64,000 nt of DNA from Macrostomum lignano. Lineage: Eukaryota. Below are positions 1 through 12,528 of this stretch, piece after piece. The notes beneath the pieces are model-generated. The model was given only the letters and a program-made list of their open reading frames with translations, did no database searches and was not told where the DNA came from. The position numbers and the translations under genes are program-made. Within the stretch, counting starts at the first letter, position 1. Every line of letters starts with the position of its first letter. The stretch is from positions 857,335 through 921,334 of the forward strand of contig NIVC01000033.1 of assembly GCA_002269645.1 (NCBI GenBank), read 5' to 3'.

Positions 1-850
1 GATGCTGGGGTTCAGGTCATTGGGATAGTGGGGTTCAGGTCATCAGGATAGTGGGGTGGGGTTCAGGTCATCGGGATAGTGGGGTTCAGGTCATTGGGAT
101 GCTGGGGTTCAGGTTATCGGGATAGTGGGGTTCAGGTCATTGGGATGCTGGGGTTCAGGTCATCGGGATAGTGGGGTTCAGGTCATCGGGATATTGGGGT
201 TCAGGTCATCGGGATAGTGGGGTTCAGGTCATCAGGATAGTGGGGTTCAGGTCATTGGGATGCTGGGGTTCAGGTCATCGGGATAGTGGGGTTCAGGTCA
301 TCGGGATAGTGGGGTTCAGGTCATTGGGATGCTGGGGTTCAGGTCATCGGGATAGTGGGGTTCAGGTCATTGGGATGCTGGGGTTCAGGTCATCGGGATA
401 GTGGGGTTCAGGTCATTGGGATGCTGGGGTTCAGGTCATCGGGATAGTGGGGTTCAGGTCATTGGGATGCTGGGGTTCAGGTTATCGGGATGCTGGGGTT
501 CAGGTCATCGGGATAGTGGGGTGGGGTTCAGGTCATCGGGATGCTGGGGTTCAGGTCATTGGGATGCTGGGGTTCAGGTCATCGGGATAGTGGGGTTCAG
601 GTCATCGGGATAGTGGGGTTCAGGTCATTGGGATGCTGGGGTTCAGGTCATTGGGATAGTGGGGTTCAGGTTATCAGGATAGTGGAGTTCAGGTCATCGG
701 GATAGTGGGGTTCAGGTTATCGGGATGCTGGGGTTCAGGTCATCAGGATAGTGGGGTTCAGGTCATCGGGATAGTGGGGTTCAGGTCATCAGGATAGTGG
801 GGTTCAGGTCATCGGGATAGTGGGGTTCAGGTCATTGGGATGCTGGGGTT
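1..850. repeat. 23-bp minisatellite (GGGGTTCAGGTCATCGGGATAGT and variants), truncated by the window start
   Basis: Direct tandem repetition; the 23-aa periodic ORFs at 171-613 cycle through three frames, as expected for a 23-bp unit. Confidence 0.97.
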
Positions 851-1912
851 GAGCTAGTTAACAAGCATTTTGAAATGAAAATAAATGAACACTCAATGAA
901 CAGGCAACTGCAGATACAAATATGCTGGTGTCTGAGAGTCCATGTGTATTTCATGGCCAGCCAGAGGGTCACTATTTGAGTTGTGCCCTCCACCCAGGCC
1001 GTCAGAGTTTGTATTATTTACTGAGAAAGGGACAGAAGGGCAACGGACTGCAAAGTGCATGTCCTTCTCGAATTCAGGAAATTCCAGAATATTATTGTAT
1101 GTAGCCATACGAGCACTAATACGACCTGTCTGTAATTATATTTTGTAGCAAATACAAGAAGTGTCATACTTGGCGATATTGGGGCTCGTGGGATCGGATG
1201 ATTATTCGGAGCTACAGAACAACTGGGTGCCAGTCAAACACCAGTCACTGCCTGTCTAAACTGGTTATGCAATATAAATATAAATAATATGCGTATACTA
1301 TTAATATTAGTAAGGTTTGCGGTATAAAACAAATCCTCTCAACTGGAGCCCGTAGAGAGCGGGGAGAGACAGAACAGAGGCTGGGGACACTGGGTAGGCA
1401 GCAGCTGGGAGATTTGAAAATAGGGAAAAACAAGAGAGTTATTGTTTTCTTCAGCGATGGATTATCGGGCAACACGAAAGCAGTAAAAAACAGAGTGGGG
1501 GCAACACAAACACACGCAGATTCTCAGCAAGGAGGATGATTTAAGCATGAAAATTTTTCCCTGTGCCTGCCGGCCCGGCGATTTGAAAGTTCACAAAGTG
1601 CGCGTCAAACAAGGATCATTTAAGCTTTAAAGAACATTCTGTACTTTCGTCTGTGGGACTTTATAAGAACTTAGCAGGTTCCTTTCGGCTTTAAAAGAAA
1701 AAAAGTACAAAATAACCGAAGCAACAAGAAAACTAAGAAAATCAAATTTTTGCTTTTTAACAACGGGCAGAATTCGCCCCATTCCCTAATCCGAAGTCTC
1801 CCAGCAGATTAGCGCGAGCAAAATTCTAAATAAAAAATAAACTCCTACGATGCTCCTTCCCCTAGGATAAGACCTTTCCCTCCCAGTCGAAGGTTGGGCG
1901 CCGGCCGGCAGC

Positions 1913-2284
1913 TCAGGACGCCTGGGTCGACATGCCCTGGTCACCGCCGCTCGAGTCCTGAGCCTTCATCACGTCGGGCAGCTCGGGCGGCGAGGTGTAC
2001 GGCTCGATGTCCAGCGGCGGGAAGGGCGCGTCTGGACTGTCGCGGATGACGAGGCCGAGCACTGCGGGCAGCTGGGCTCTGGCCGTGCTGGCATTGAGGC
2101 CGCAGTCGGCCAGTGTCCGGTTGTCCAGCAGGACTTCAGTCTCATCCTTTACCAGCTGCTGGTTCTCTGGCGACACCTTCAGGATGCCTTCAATCATTTT
2201 CTTCAGCTCGAGCACCTGCGAGGTCTCCTTGGTGTCCAGCAGCATCGTGACCTTCTTGCAGCGGATCATAAAGTACACGTCCAT
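1913..2284 (-). CDS. ELOB: Elongin B, 123 aa, intronless CDS
   Basis: MDVYFMIRCKK..KETSQVLELKKMIEGILK..QQL..LADCG..TARAQLPAVLGL..PYTSPPELPDVMK aligns along its full length with Elongin B (MDVFLMIRR..SPPELPDVMK). Confidence 0.95.
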   Translation of the reverse strand: MDVYFMIRCKKVTMLLDTKETSQVLELKKMIEGILKVSPENQQLVKDETEVLLDNRTLADCGLNASTARAQLPAVLGLVIRDSPDAPFPPLDIEPYTSPPELPDVMKAQDSSGGDQGMSTQAS

Positions 2285-5200
2285 TGTGGCTGCAGACTAA
2301 GGGCGCGGCCGCTGTATGAAGCTGTGAAACACAATTTAGTGCAAGAAGGTAAAGTGGCTGGCACAAAAAGTACATGCACAAAAAGTACATGCATGTTTTC
2401 TACGAGCATAGTTTAAAGGTTAAATAAAAGTTTGAAAAACATTTAAATAGTTATAGATAAGCACTCGGCATAGGAATACACAGATTTCAATATCTTATAG
2501 AGAGCTATTTTTTCTTGTAAATAAATAAAATGTGGAGTAAAGAATAGTTAAACCAAGATACTTGCACTTATTAATCAAATTTTTAAAAGCTAATAGTAAT
2601 AGAAAATAGCAATAAAGTTTATAAAATGAAGACAAAGCTTAAATAAAAAATATCTGACTATTAGTTTTACTTTTATATAAAGACCCTATTAAATATTTTT
2701 TTACTTTTAGATTAAAATTTAGATATATAGATTTGTAATATACAAAATCGTTTGATGAAATAAAAGAGGCCCAGTTAAAGAACCAAGGACAGGTAAATGA
2801 CTACACAAGATCATATTGTATATGTCATATACTTCTAGCACACATTTAAAACAATTTGTGCATACCCCAGGCATACATCTTATATAGACATGCTTTCAAA
2901 GCATGCAACTCTGTGCTTGATCAGCTCTACTTGTGGCTTTCTATTGAGTGAGCATAGAAGCACTAAATGGTGTGTATTTCTATAGCCAAGGGTATGCAAA
3001 CAAATGCCTGCTACAGCAGGAAGCACTTGTAAAAATGGGACGTTTGTGGCATGAAAGCTAAAATAAGCCACTAACTTGTAAGGCATATGATTGTTTAACA
3101 CACATTAATACTTGTAGAAGCAAGCAAAAGTGACACTACTTCTAGGACACCCCTCATATGAAGATCAGTTTTGTCCAATAGATACATCACAATGATCGGT
3201 GTAGAATACTTTAGGCAACTTTTCATTTGTGGGGGCCATTATTGTTGCCTTACTATAGTGTACAGTATTGTGCTATAGTTTTACAGTAGTGTAAATATAC
3301 TTTTGTACTGCTGACTTATATAGAATCAATAATAATATTCTGGCAGCCTTAGAAATGCCAGTGAACAATTGACAAAAAAGATACTAGACAACAAATGGCT
3401 AGAATTTGATAGATGGACCAATGTACAAGACTTTAAATAACTTGATTAGTGACATTGTGCTACAATTAAAAAAATTATAATTAGCCTCAAAGGAGTTAAA
3501 AGTAAAACACTCTTAGAATGCATCATTTGTGTCAGCCTGCATGAACATCAAAATAAAGAAATTGGCCTTCAAAAAATGTCCATGGATCACAAGGGTAGCG
3601 TCTTGATGTACTGCTAGTTATGCTTGTTAGAAAACTTGCAAGGAGTTGTTAAACAAGGGTGTTCATTGTTTTCAATGTGTCTTATTTCATTAGTTACTAA
3701 TATTACTATTATTAGTTACTAATAATATTTCATTTTATGATTATATATGATGCTTAAAATGTGCTTTAGCTTAAAAATTAAAAACCACATGATCTAAGAT
3801 AATCTTTTTTTTACTTTTTATAATTGAACTACAACTATGAGTATTTTGGTGAAAGTTTTGCATTTTGGGAAATATTTAGTGCTAAATTGGCTATTTGGCA
3901 CCTAAAATTTCATTTTCAAATACCAAAAGACTAGACTTATCAAAAAGTAATATCCATTATTGAAGTCTGGCATTCTAAAAAAGAACTAGAAAAGTGCCAC
4001 TTTAAAAAAAGTAACTTCTGGTACTAAAAGTGCCGAAAGTGCCAGAACTTTGCCCAACACTGCATACTGATAGACTACTGTTATACTATAGACCTCTTAC
4101 CTCCCCTCTAAACAATTGGCATTCTTCTGGGTCCCAGCTAGCTGGGGTTACACCAAATTTGTCAACATCTAATTTGTCAACAGACCTAAAATTTAAGAAA
4201 TTAAAAGAAATTGATTTTGTCAACAGTTAAAACAAGCTGAACAAATTTGTCAACAACAAGACATACTTACTGTAAAGGTATTCCTTAATACAATAACCAT
4301 ACATTTCTATAATTCAATGAGCAAAATATTGCAAAAGACTTCAACAAGACTTTATGAATGCACATTCTAAATGCTATAGTGCATACAAAACTCAAAATCT
4401 AACAAATTGGGCAATTGATACTATGAACATAATACTACATTCTATATAGTTGAGTATCCAATGCAAGTGTATCAAGAGCTAGTCTATTAGGTATTTGTGT
4501 GCTATGTATGCTTTATTACACTTTATTACATCTTTAGAGTGAAGCAAGTCACTTTAATTCAAAATTAAAGTATTTTGTAAGTAAGCCATAAATTTATCCT
4601 ATGTTTGTTTCTTTCCTCAACCATTAGCAAAGGTTTTGTTTCAATATGACTTCAGATTTAAAAATGCGTGCAAAAATAGTTCCGGGATTTATTGCAATTC
4701 AGTGGGTTTAAAATCTGCGGGTCACTTTTGATAGGCCTATCTTATATATATCTTCTCAATAAGCTTTTGTCTTTCAATTTTTAGCATATAGTAAATATAT
4801 ACTAACTGGTCAATAGCATATTGTCAAGTAATCTAATTTGTCAAGAATGCATGGTAAGCTGTAAGGTAAACCAAGATATTGACGAATTCAGTGGCATCTA
4901 GCTAGCTGCCTTCCCTCCCTATTATATATGCCAATGCTATTAGTATATCTTGCAGGATACTTGACATACAAAGTATATTAAGCTTGGCATACTTGGTATG
5001 CAAAATAGGTGTCAATACTTAGTTTGAATTAGTGAACTTTGAAAATTTATTTCAATATGGATAATAGACACTCAAAATAACAAACAAGCCAAAAGATGCT
5101 TAATTATTGGCCAGGTGATTCATTTATTGTTTGATTTTTAACAAAGCTAGGACTAGGTAAATATTAAATAATAAGTAAATAGGCATATGAAAAAGCCTAC

Positions 5201-6110
5201 TAGATATCAAAAGTGGGATTAAACAACTTTAAAATAAAAGGCAAATCATTTGGATTTATACAAGTATGCAATAGTGAGAAAATGAATTGAAGTTGAATTT
5301 TACTAGAATATTCATTTCGTTATAAAACATAGATACTCAAAAAATAATAGACCGAAACAATTTAAAGATGAAATTATCTGCATAGGCCTAGTTTTACTTT
5401 TTTTGCATTCTTAAATTTTCTATTTAGGGGGCCTAGTTTGAGAAATATAGGAATATTTGAAAATTTTATAATTTTTATTTACTAGGCCCTATTCGAGTAG
5501 TCAAGGTTAGAACTTCAATGTGGTTAAAATATATTATATCAGCTAAAACTAGGCCTAAAGCGTGCGCGTGCCTAGCTAAAATATTACCTACTCTAATCAT
5601 TGAGTCATGGTAAAAATATAGTCTCTAACGATTTTTTCGGCTCTTCGGCTCGATTCATTTTTGAGCTATTCACTAAATAACAAACTTAAAGCTTCAACTT
5701 CAGCCCATTACGGCATTATTGCTTAAGACAAATAGTGCTCCTGCCTATTATAGTATTTGAAAAACGCGCAGTTAAAAAATGCTAAATTGTGTGTTCATGA
5801 CAAATTAAAAGGGGAGAACCCAAGTGATATTAAGTGATATTAACTTACAAAATTTGCATTTATAAAATTTTGCTGTAGTTTTTTAGTGCAACTTTTAGGC
5901 TGATAAAACACATTGGTACAAACAAGTACTATTTAATGCAATTTCATTTGTTATAATGATAGTTGCGTTTACATTGGAGAATAAAAATTTTAAAACGATT
6001 TTTTATCGTACTTTTTTTCACTTTTGGTTGGCTATTATCGTTAGTAGGACATCAACTCGTAGGCCGTTGGTCCTTTATATTTCAATTCCAAAGCTGCTCG
6101 GCTACCAGAA

Positions 6111-7856
6111 ATGGAAGGTATGTGCTAGAACTCACATGTTCTTCTAATTAAAACGCAAAACGCAACTCAGTTTATTAACTTGAATAGTTCAGTACGTCAG
6201 TTAGTTAGCTTAGTCAGTTCAGCCTGTTCATCTAGGATAGTTTAACCTGTAGTTCATAGGCCTAGTTAGCTTTTTGTTATTATGTAAGGCAGATTTTCCA
6301 CTAATAATTTTCGAATCTTTGACATGCAAGTTTTTTAATAAGAGATAATGATCTTGAATCAGTAATAATTTTTGGAGTAAGATAATTTTTATTAAAAGTT
6401 TTATCAGTATTTAGATTATTAGAAGCTGCAAAACAATTTTTGAACTTTAGACTTTTACTTAAGATGACAAATTAACGATTTATTCGTGCATGCCAAATAA
6501 TTTCAGATTTGTTTCAGGAGAAAAAGAGTGCCTTTGTGTTCGATTCATGCCAGAATCGTCGTCTATTTCCATTTCACATACCGACCAATAGAATGGGATC
6601 AAATATGCCATCAGTGACAGCTGCGCCACACCTGGGCCCTGGCTACTACAACAATGAGGAGGTTTGTACATTAATGTATATCTTTAATACACTGTATGGG
6701 TATCTGGATGGCAAAATATAGTTGTTTGAGTCGTTCGACATATACCCTAAAAATCTGCAGAAAACAAACTTCGGCTACACCCTGGAACAGAAGGTTGGTA
6801 GCACAAAGGGTTACGCTTTAGGCGCGCGAACCGCGCCCAGATTTCGAGGCGCCAGCGGTGGCGCAGGCAGCGACACTGGCGGCCTCGGGCCGGGCGCCTA
6901 TCACCTGCCTGACAACTACGATGAGCTGCAGCGGGAAGCGGCCCGCGACCGCGAACTCGGCCGACCACCGTTCTTGTCCGCCACCCAACGCTTTCCGGTG
7001 TTCAAGAGGGATATTTTCGAGGTCAATCCAAGGTGAGGAAGTCGATTTTGACCCAATGAGCCACATCAAGACTGCATCACTGATCGCCATTCTTTATGGC
7101 GAAAAATCCATTGCCTTACGGATTATTCCCAGGATCTTGTGATCTTCAAAAAATAATCCATGAAGCCACTTATTCTTATCATTAATTCCTGGGCATCGTA
7201 CTCCTCAGATTAACAAATATTCAAATCCGCTATCTTCTTGTACGATATCCGCAAAGGACGCAAAATGCACCGTCCGCTAGGCTAATACTGCACTGCTGCT
7301 TAACAACCCACAAACTAACTTTCTGATCTCTCCAACCCTCTGCCATCTGAACCAGCCCGGGCAACTACGAGCACGAGGTGCAGCGCAACCGCAAGGTGCA
7401 GTGGCAGCAGTCGTTCGGCGGCACGCCAACAAACCTGCCGAGTGTGCAGCAGAAGAGCACGCTGGTGCAGAATACCGACAAGGTGTGTGACGATTTCTTA
7501 GAATTGAGGGGTGATTCTCAGGATTACGAGCGGCTGATACATAGAATTGAGGAGCTATTCTTGGGGGCTGAGCAAGATATGCTGCTATGATGAGATATGC
7601 TGAGCCAGGGGTTGTCGTTCGATTCAATCGTGGAATGATTGTGCATGGGAGGAGAGGATAAACAAGGCAGTTATGATAATTTAGAAGGATTTTCTGAGTA
7701 ATTTTTAGACGTAAAGAGAAATAATTAAAGCTTCATGCTGAGCAGCACCTGAAACTGCAAACTCCCGCGCACGAAATTCAACAGCTGAGATCGACAAAGG
7801 ACGAGAAGAAGTACCAGCGCCGCTTGGCCTACATGAAGCTGTTCTACACTGACTAA
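6111..7856 (+). CDS. PIFO: Pitchfork/CIMAP3-like ciliary protein, 5 exons (6111-6117, 6507-6661, 6761-7032, 7356-7482, 7785-7856), about 210 aa
   Basis: Motifs CQNRRLFPFH, HLGPGYY, STKGYALGARTAPRF, PSPGNY and C-terminal RRLAYMKLFY match Pitchfork (QRKLFPHF, GPGCY, SIKGYTLGARTAVRF, PSPGAY, RVAYLSLYY). All introns are GT-AG and phases are consistent. The 7-nt first coding exon is the least certain part. Confidence 0.85.
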
Positions 7857-8615
7857 AAAAGTCCACGTCGTTGACCGAACATTTACAATTATGACACCTT
7901 AATCTTCTATTTTGCCAATTGTTTGACGAAACTAATTTGAGACACAGATGGAAGGCTGACTCAAAAACACAAAAATGATTCTTGCGTCTGTACTTTTCTC
8001 GTGAATGCCTATTATTAATTGCGAAAGATTCCTCTCGCTACGAGAGTAAGTACTCGTATGGAATTTGACTATTAGGTGTTTGTGTAAACTCTGCTTTTTC
8101 TGCTTTCCATTATGCCGCTTCTAAAAGATAGAAGAGAACAAACTTATTAGAGAAATACAAAGGGCACAACAAGGCGGTTTCGTCTCGAGCACCAAAGTAT
8201 TGACTCATTTGATTCTTTCAATTCATCGAAGTCCTTGTCAAATTTGCCTACTAACGAGAGTAGTAATTAAGGCAAAGATAAAAAATTAACCAACAAAACC
8301 GCGAAAAACGCATTCTATGCGAAATTATAAATAAGATATTCGATTGCCAAATGAAAGTTTGCTTAATATAAATTCAAATTTGTCTTTTCAAATTAAAATT
8401 TGTATAATTACGCTAACGCTAAAATCAAAAAAGGGCTTCGTAGAAAACGAGACCAATAGAAAAAGTTACCAGAGGAGAAACAACGCGACATGCAATTCGA
8501 TATAAAATTAGTAATAAAAACAGAATATCAGACTATGGTTTTATTGAATTTACGGCATGATTTGGTCCACAGCAAGAAACGGCGATTAAATTGGAAGTGA
8601 AATGGCGGATGAACC

Positions 8616-9058
8616 CAGCAACTGACAACTATGGGAGGCTGGCCTAGCAACTGACAACTATGGGAGGCTGGCCTAGCAACTGACAATTATGGGAGACTGG
8701 CCTAGCAACTGACAACTATGGGAGGCTGGCCTAGCAACTGACAACTATGGGAGGCTGGCCTAGCAACTGACAACTATGGGAGGCTGGCCTAGCAACTGAC
8801 AACTATGGGAGGCTGGCCTAGCAACTGACAACTATGGGAGGCTGGCCTAGCAACTGACAACTATGGGAGGCTGGCCCAGCAACTGACAACTATGGGAGGC
8901 TGGCCCAGCAACTGACAACTATGGGAGGCTGGCCTAGCAACTGACAACAACTATGGGAGGCTGGCTTAGCAACCGAGGAACTGGAAGGCTGGCCCAGCAA
9001 CTGGGGATCTGAAAGGCTGGCCTAGCAACTGGGGATCTGGGAGGCTGGCCCAGCAACT
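8616..9058. repeat. 29-bp minisatellite (CAACTGACAACTATGGGAGGCTGGCCTAG), about 12 regular plus 3 diverged units
   Basis: Direct tandem repetition without unique spacers. Confidence 0.95.
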
Positions 9059-9710
9059 TAAATTAGAACGAACTCCAAAATCTGAAGTTGCTTCAGGAGC
9101 ATAAAATGGAAGAAATCATGACTGAAGATAGCAAAATAATCAATAAAAGTTACATCAATGCTGAACTGATGCCGTGATCAAAAATGGTGAAATAACAGGG
9201 CAGTCATGGGTCACAGTTTATGAGACAAAGGAAGCACCACACAGGAAGCTCCGTCTTGATCAATTGAGAATATTAATAAACAATGAATCTATCGCAACAT
9301 GAGCCAGCCTTGGTGATTGCTGATTCATCATTTCAATAGAAAATGGAGCGTAAAACGTGGACAAGATTCATCTCAAATCAGACTCTAACAACGGAAATCA
9401 CAACATTGCACGCATGATTAATTTGGCACAATAAAATTGGCAAAATTCAATCAATTGTTACATAAAAAAATGACTCGATAGTTGCAAGTATATAACTAAT
9501 CTACGAGTGGTAACAGATGAACTACAGACCTTCATAATCCGCCTTCACAACGAGTTCGGAAATTCAGACTGCGAGCAAGCGATGTTTAAGAACAAAATTG
9601 TGGATATTTCTGTCAGACTATTCGAAGTACAGCAGGTGCCGTTTGTTAGTTGTGCATTTTTTCAAACGCAATTTGTCTATGGCAAAATCAAGCATAGTAA
9701 GTATCTAGCC

Positions 9711-10040
9711 ACTCTGGCTGGCTTCTAGTCCCTCTGGCTGGCTTCTAGTCCCTCTGGCTGGCTTCTAGTCCCTCTGGCTGGCTTCTAGTCCCTCTGGCTG
9801 GCTTCTAGTCCCTCTGGCTGGCTTCTAGTCCCTCTGGCTGGCTTCTAGTCCCTCTGGCTGGCTTCTAGTCCCTCTGGCTGGCTTCTAGTCCCTCTGGCTG
9901 GCTTCTAGTCCCTCTGGCTGGCTTCTAGTCCCTCTGGCTGGCTTCTAGTCCCTCTGGCTGGCTTCTAGTCCCTCTGGCTGGCTTCTAGTCCCTCTGGCTG
10001 GCTTCTAGTCCCTCTGGCTGGCTTCTAGTCCCTCTCACTG
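9711..10040. repeat. 20-bp minisatellite (CCCTCTGGCTGGCTTCTAGT), nearly homogeneous
   Basis: Exact 20-nt periodicity; lies just beyond the FATP minus-strand AATAAA at 10090-10095. Confidence 0.97.
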
Positions 10041-10406
10041 GCAAAGCCATCAATTTGATAACATGAAAACTTTCTATCTCGAGAATGCTTTTATTCCCAA
10101 GTCAATTAAGCGAAATGTTTAGGACTTTGCGTGGCCAGTGATTTTCTGTGTCAACGGGCGCTGGGGATTACGCCTAATTGACGATATGTATCGATATAAC
10201 TATTTTAGTTTAGAAGTCTAAATGCCTTAATGTCTTCTATCCTTGTATTTGGCTAAACAGAGACCATTTGCATAATTATTGCCTAAATTATGAATTTTTC
10301 ATCGAAGAGACTGGGCATTGGACGCCACTGAATAATTGGTCTCAGGCACTCAGTTCTTGTCGGCATACCGAACTACTGACAGTAGTTTGCAGCAAATAAA
10401 TATAGT

Positions 10407-11656
10407 TCAGAAGCGAATATCACCCCGCTGAATGGCGGCCCAGGCGCTCTCGTCAAGCGGCAGGTAGCGGCCAGACCGGCAGTCCAGGTAGAACAGCGGA
10501 TCGCCCGAGCACCTGTCTGGCTGGGCGCCGTCCCGCCTCAGCTCCGTCTTCATCATCTTGAAGGTGCCGGTGGACTCGATCCGGCTGACAAACCGGATGA
10601 ACAGCGGCCTGGCGTAGGCGGGCAGGCGGCCGGGCAGGTCGCGGCTCAGGCAGTCCAGAAGGTCCTCCGGGCTGGCGGCCGCGGCGGGCTCGGCGACGAT
10701 GGCGGCCATGCCGGCTCGGCCTTCGATGCCGGGCAGCTCCACGCCGTAGACGGTGCAGTCGGCCAGGTGCAGCACGCTGGAGATGCTGGCCTCCACCTGG
10801 GAGGGATTGGCAGTTGCGATGTCATCTGATGGCTGGTTTTCTGCAACTCGCACAACTCGGCACTCTCGCTGGCTTCTAGTCACTCTCGCTGGCTTCTAGT
10901 CACTCTCGCTGGCTTCTAATCACTCTCGCTGGCTTCTAGTCATCTCGCTGGCTTCTAGTCACTCTCGCTGGCTTCTAGTCACTCTCGCTGGCTTCTAGTC
11001 ACTCTCGCTGGCTTCTAGTCACTCTCGCTGGCTTCTAGTCACTCTCGCTGGCTTCTAGTCACTCTCGCTGGCTTCTAGTCACTCTCGCTGGCTTCTAGTC
11101 ACTCTCGCTGGCTTCTAGTCAGTCTCATTGGTTTCTAGTCACTCTCACTGGATTCTGGTCACTCTCACTGGCTTTTAGTCACTCTCAATAAATTGCTATT
11201 TATCACTCTCTCTCTCTTCTAATCCCTTAGGAGTAGCATGACTTCTTCTCTCGTTTCCCCAAGACCGCAAGAGAGGGACACACCTCGGCGGTGGACACGT
11301 TCTCCCCCTTCCACCGGAAGGTGTCCCCGGTCCGGTCCAGGAAGTACACGTATCCCAGCTCGTCCATGCACAGCACGTCTCCAGTAGAGAAGTAGGCGTC
11401 GCCTTGGCGCAGCACATTGCGCAGCACCTTCTTCTCCGTGGCGGCCTTGGACACGTAGCCGTCGATGTCCCGAAGCAGGTCGCCGCGCACGATGCTGCCG
11501 ACGAGTTCGCCGGGCTCGCCAACTCCGGCCAGCTGGCACAGTCCGGTGGACGGGTGGCGCAGCGGCTCTCCGGTGTCCTTGAAAATGAGGCGAAGGCAGG
11601 CCAGGGACGGCTAGTTAGTTGGTAGAATGGAAACGAAACCAGCTGTTTGCTGACCC

Positions 11657-11704
<48 letters not shown>

Positions 11705-11749
11705 GCCAGACAGATAGACAGATGGAGACGGACAGACAGCCAGACAGCC

Positions 11750-11834
<85 letters not shown>

Positions 11835-11899
11835 GCCAGACAGACAGCCAGACAGACAGACAGACAGACAGACAGATGGAGACGGACAGACAGACAGCC

Positions 11900-11934
<35 letters not shown>

Positions 11935-11957
11935 TGGAGACGGACAGACAGACAGCC

Positions 11958-12016
<59 letters not shown>

Positions 12017-12039
12017 TGGAGACGGACAGACAGACAGCA

Positions 12040-12072
<33 letters not shown>

Positions 12073-12103
12073 GCCAGACAGACAGCCAGACAGACAGACA
12101 GAA

Positions 12104-12155
<52 letters not shown>

Positions 12156-12163
12156 GGACAGCC

Positions 12164-12252
<89 letters not shown>

Positions 12253-12351
12253 CACACACACACAGACAGACAGAAAGACAGAAAGACAGACAGACAGACA
12301 GACACTAAGAAAGACAGACATACAGACAGACAGACAGACAGACACTAAGAA

Positions 12352-12396
<45 letters not shown>

Positions 12397-12403
12397 CTAA
12401 GAA

Positions 12404-12460
<57 letters not shown>

Positions 12461-12463
12461 GCC

Positions 12464-12528
<65 letters not shown>

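Noticed and set aside
893-1540. Possible terminal exons of a gene entering from the left (GTATGT..TTTTGTAG at about 1100-1148, short open frames on both strands)
   Set aside because: No frame gives a recognisable protein or a self-consistent multi-exon model; left unannotated.
8616-9058. CRISPR-like 29-bp periodicity
   Set aside because: There are no unique spacers or cas genes, and the context is eukaryotic.
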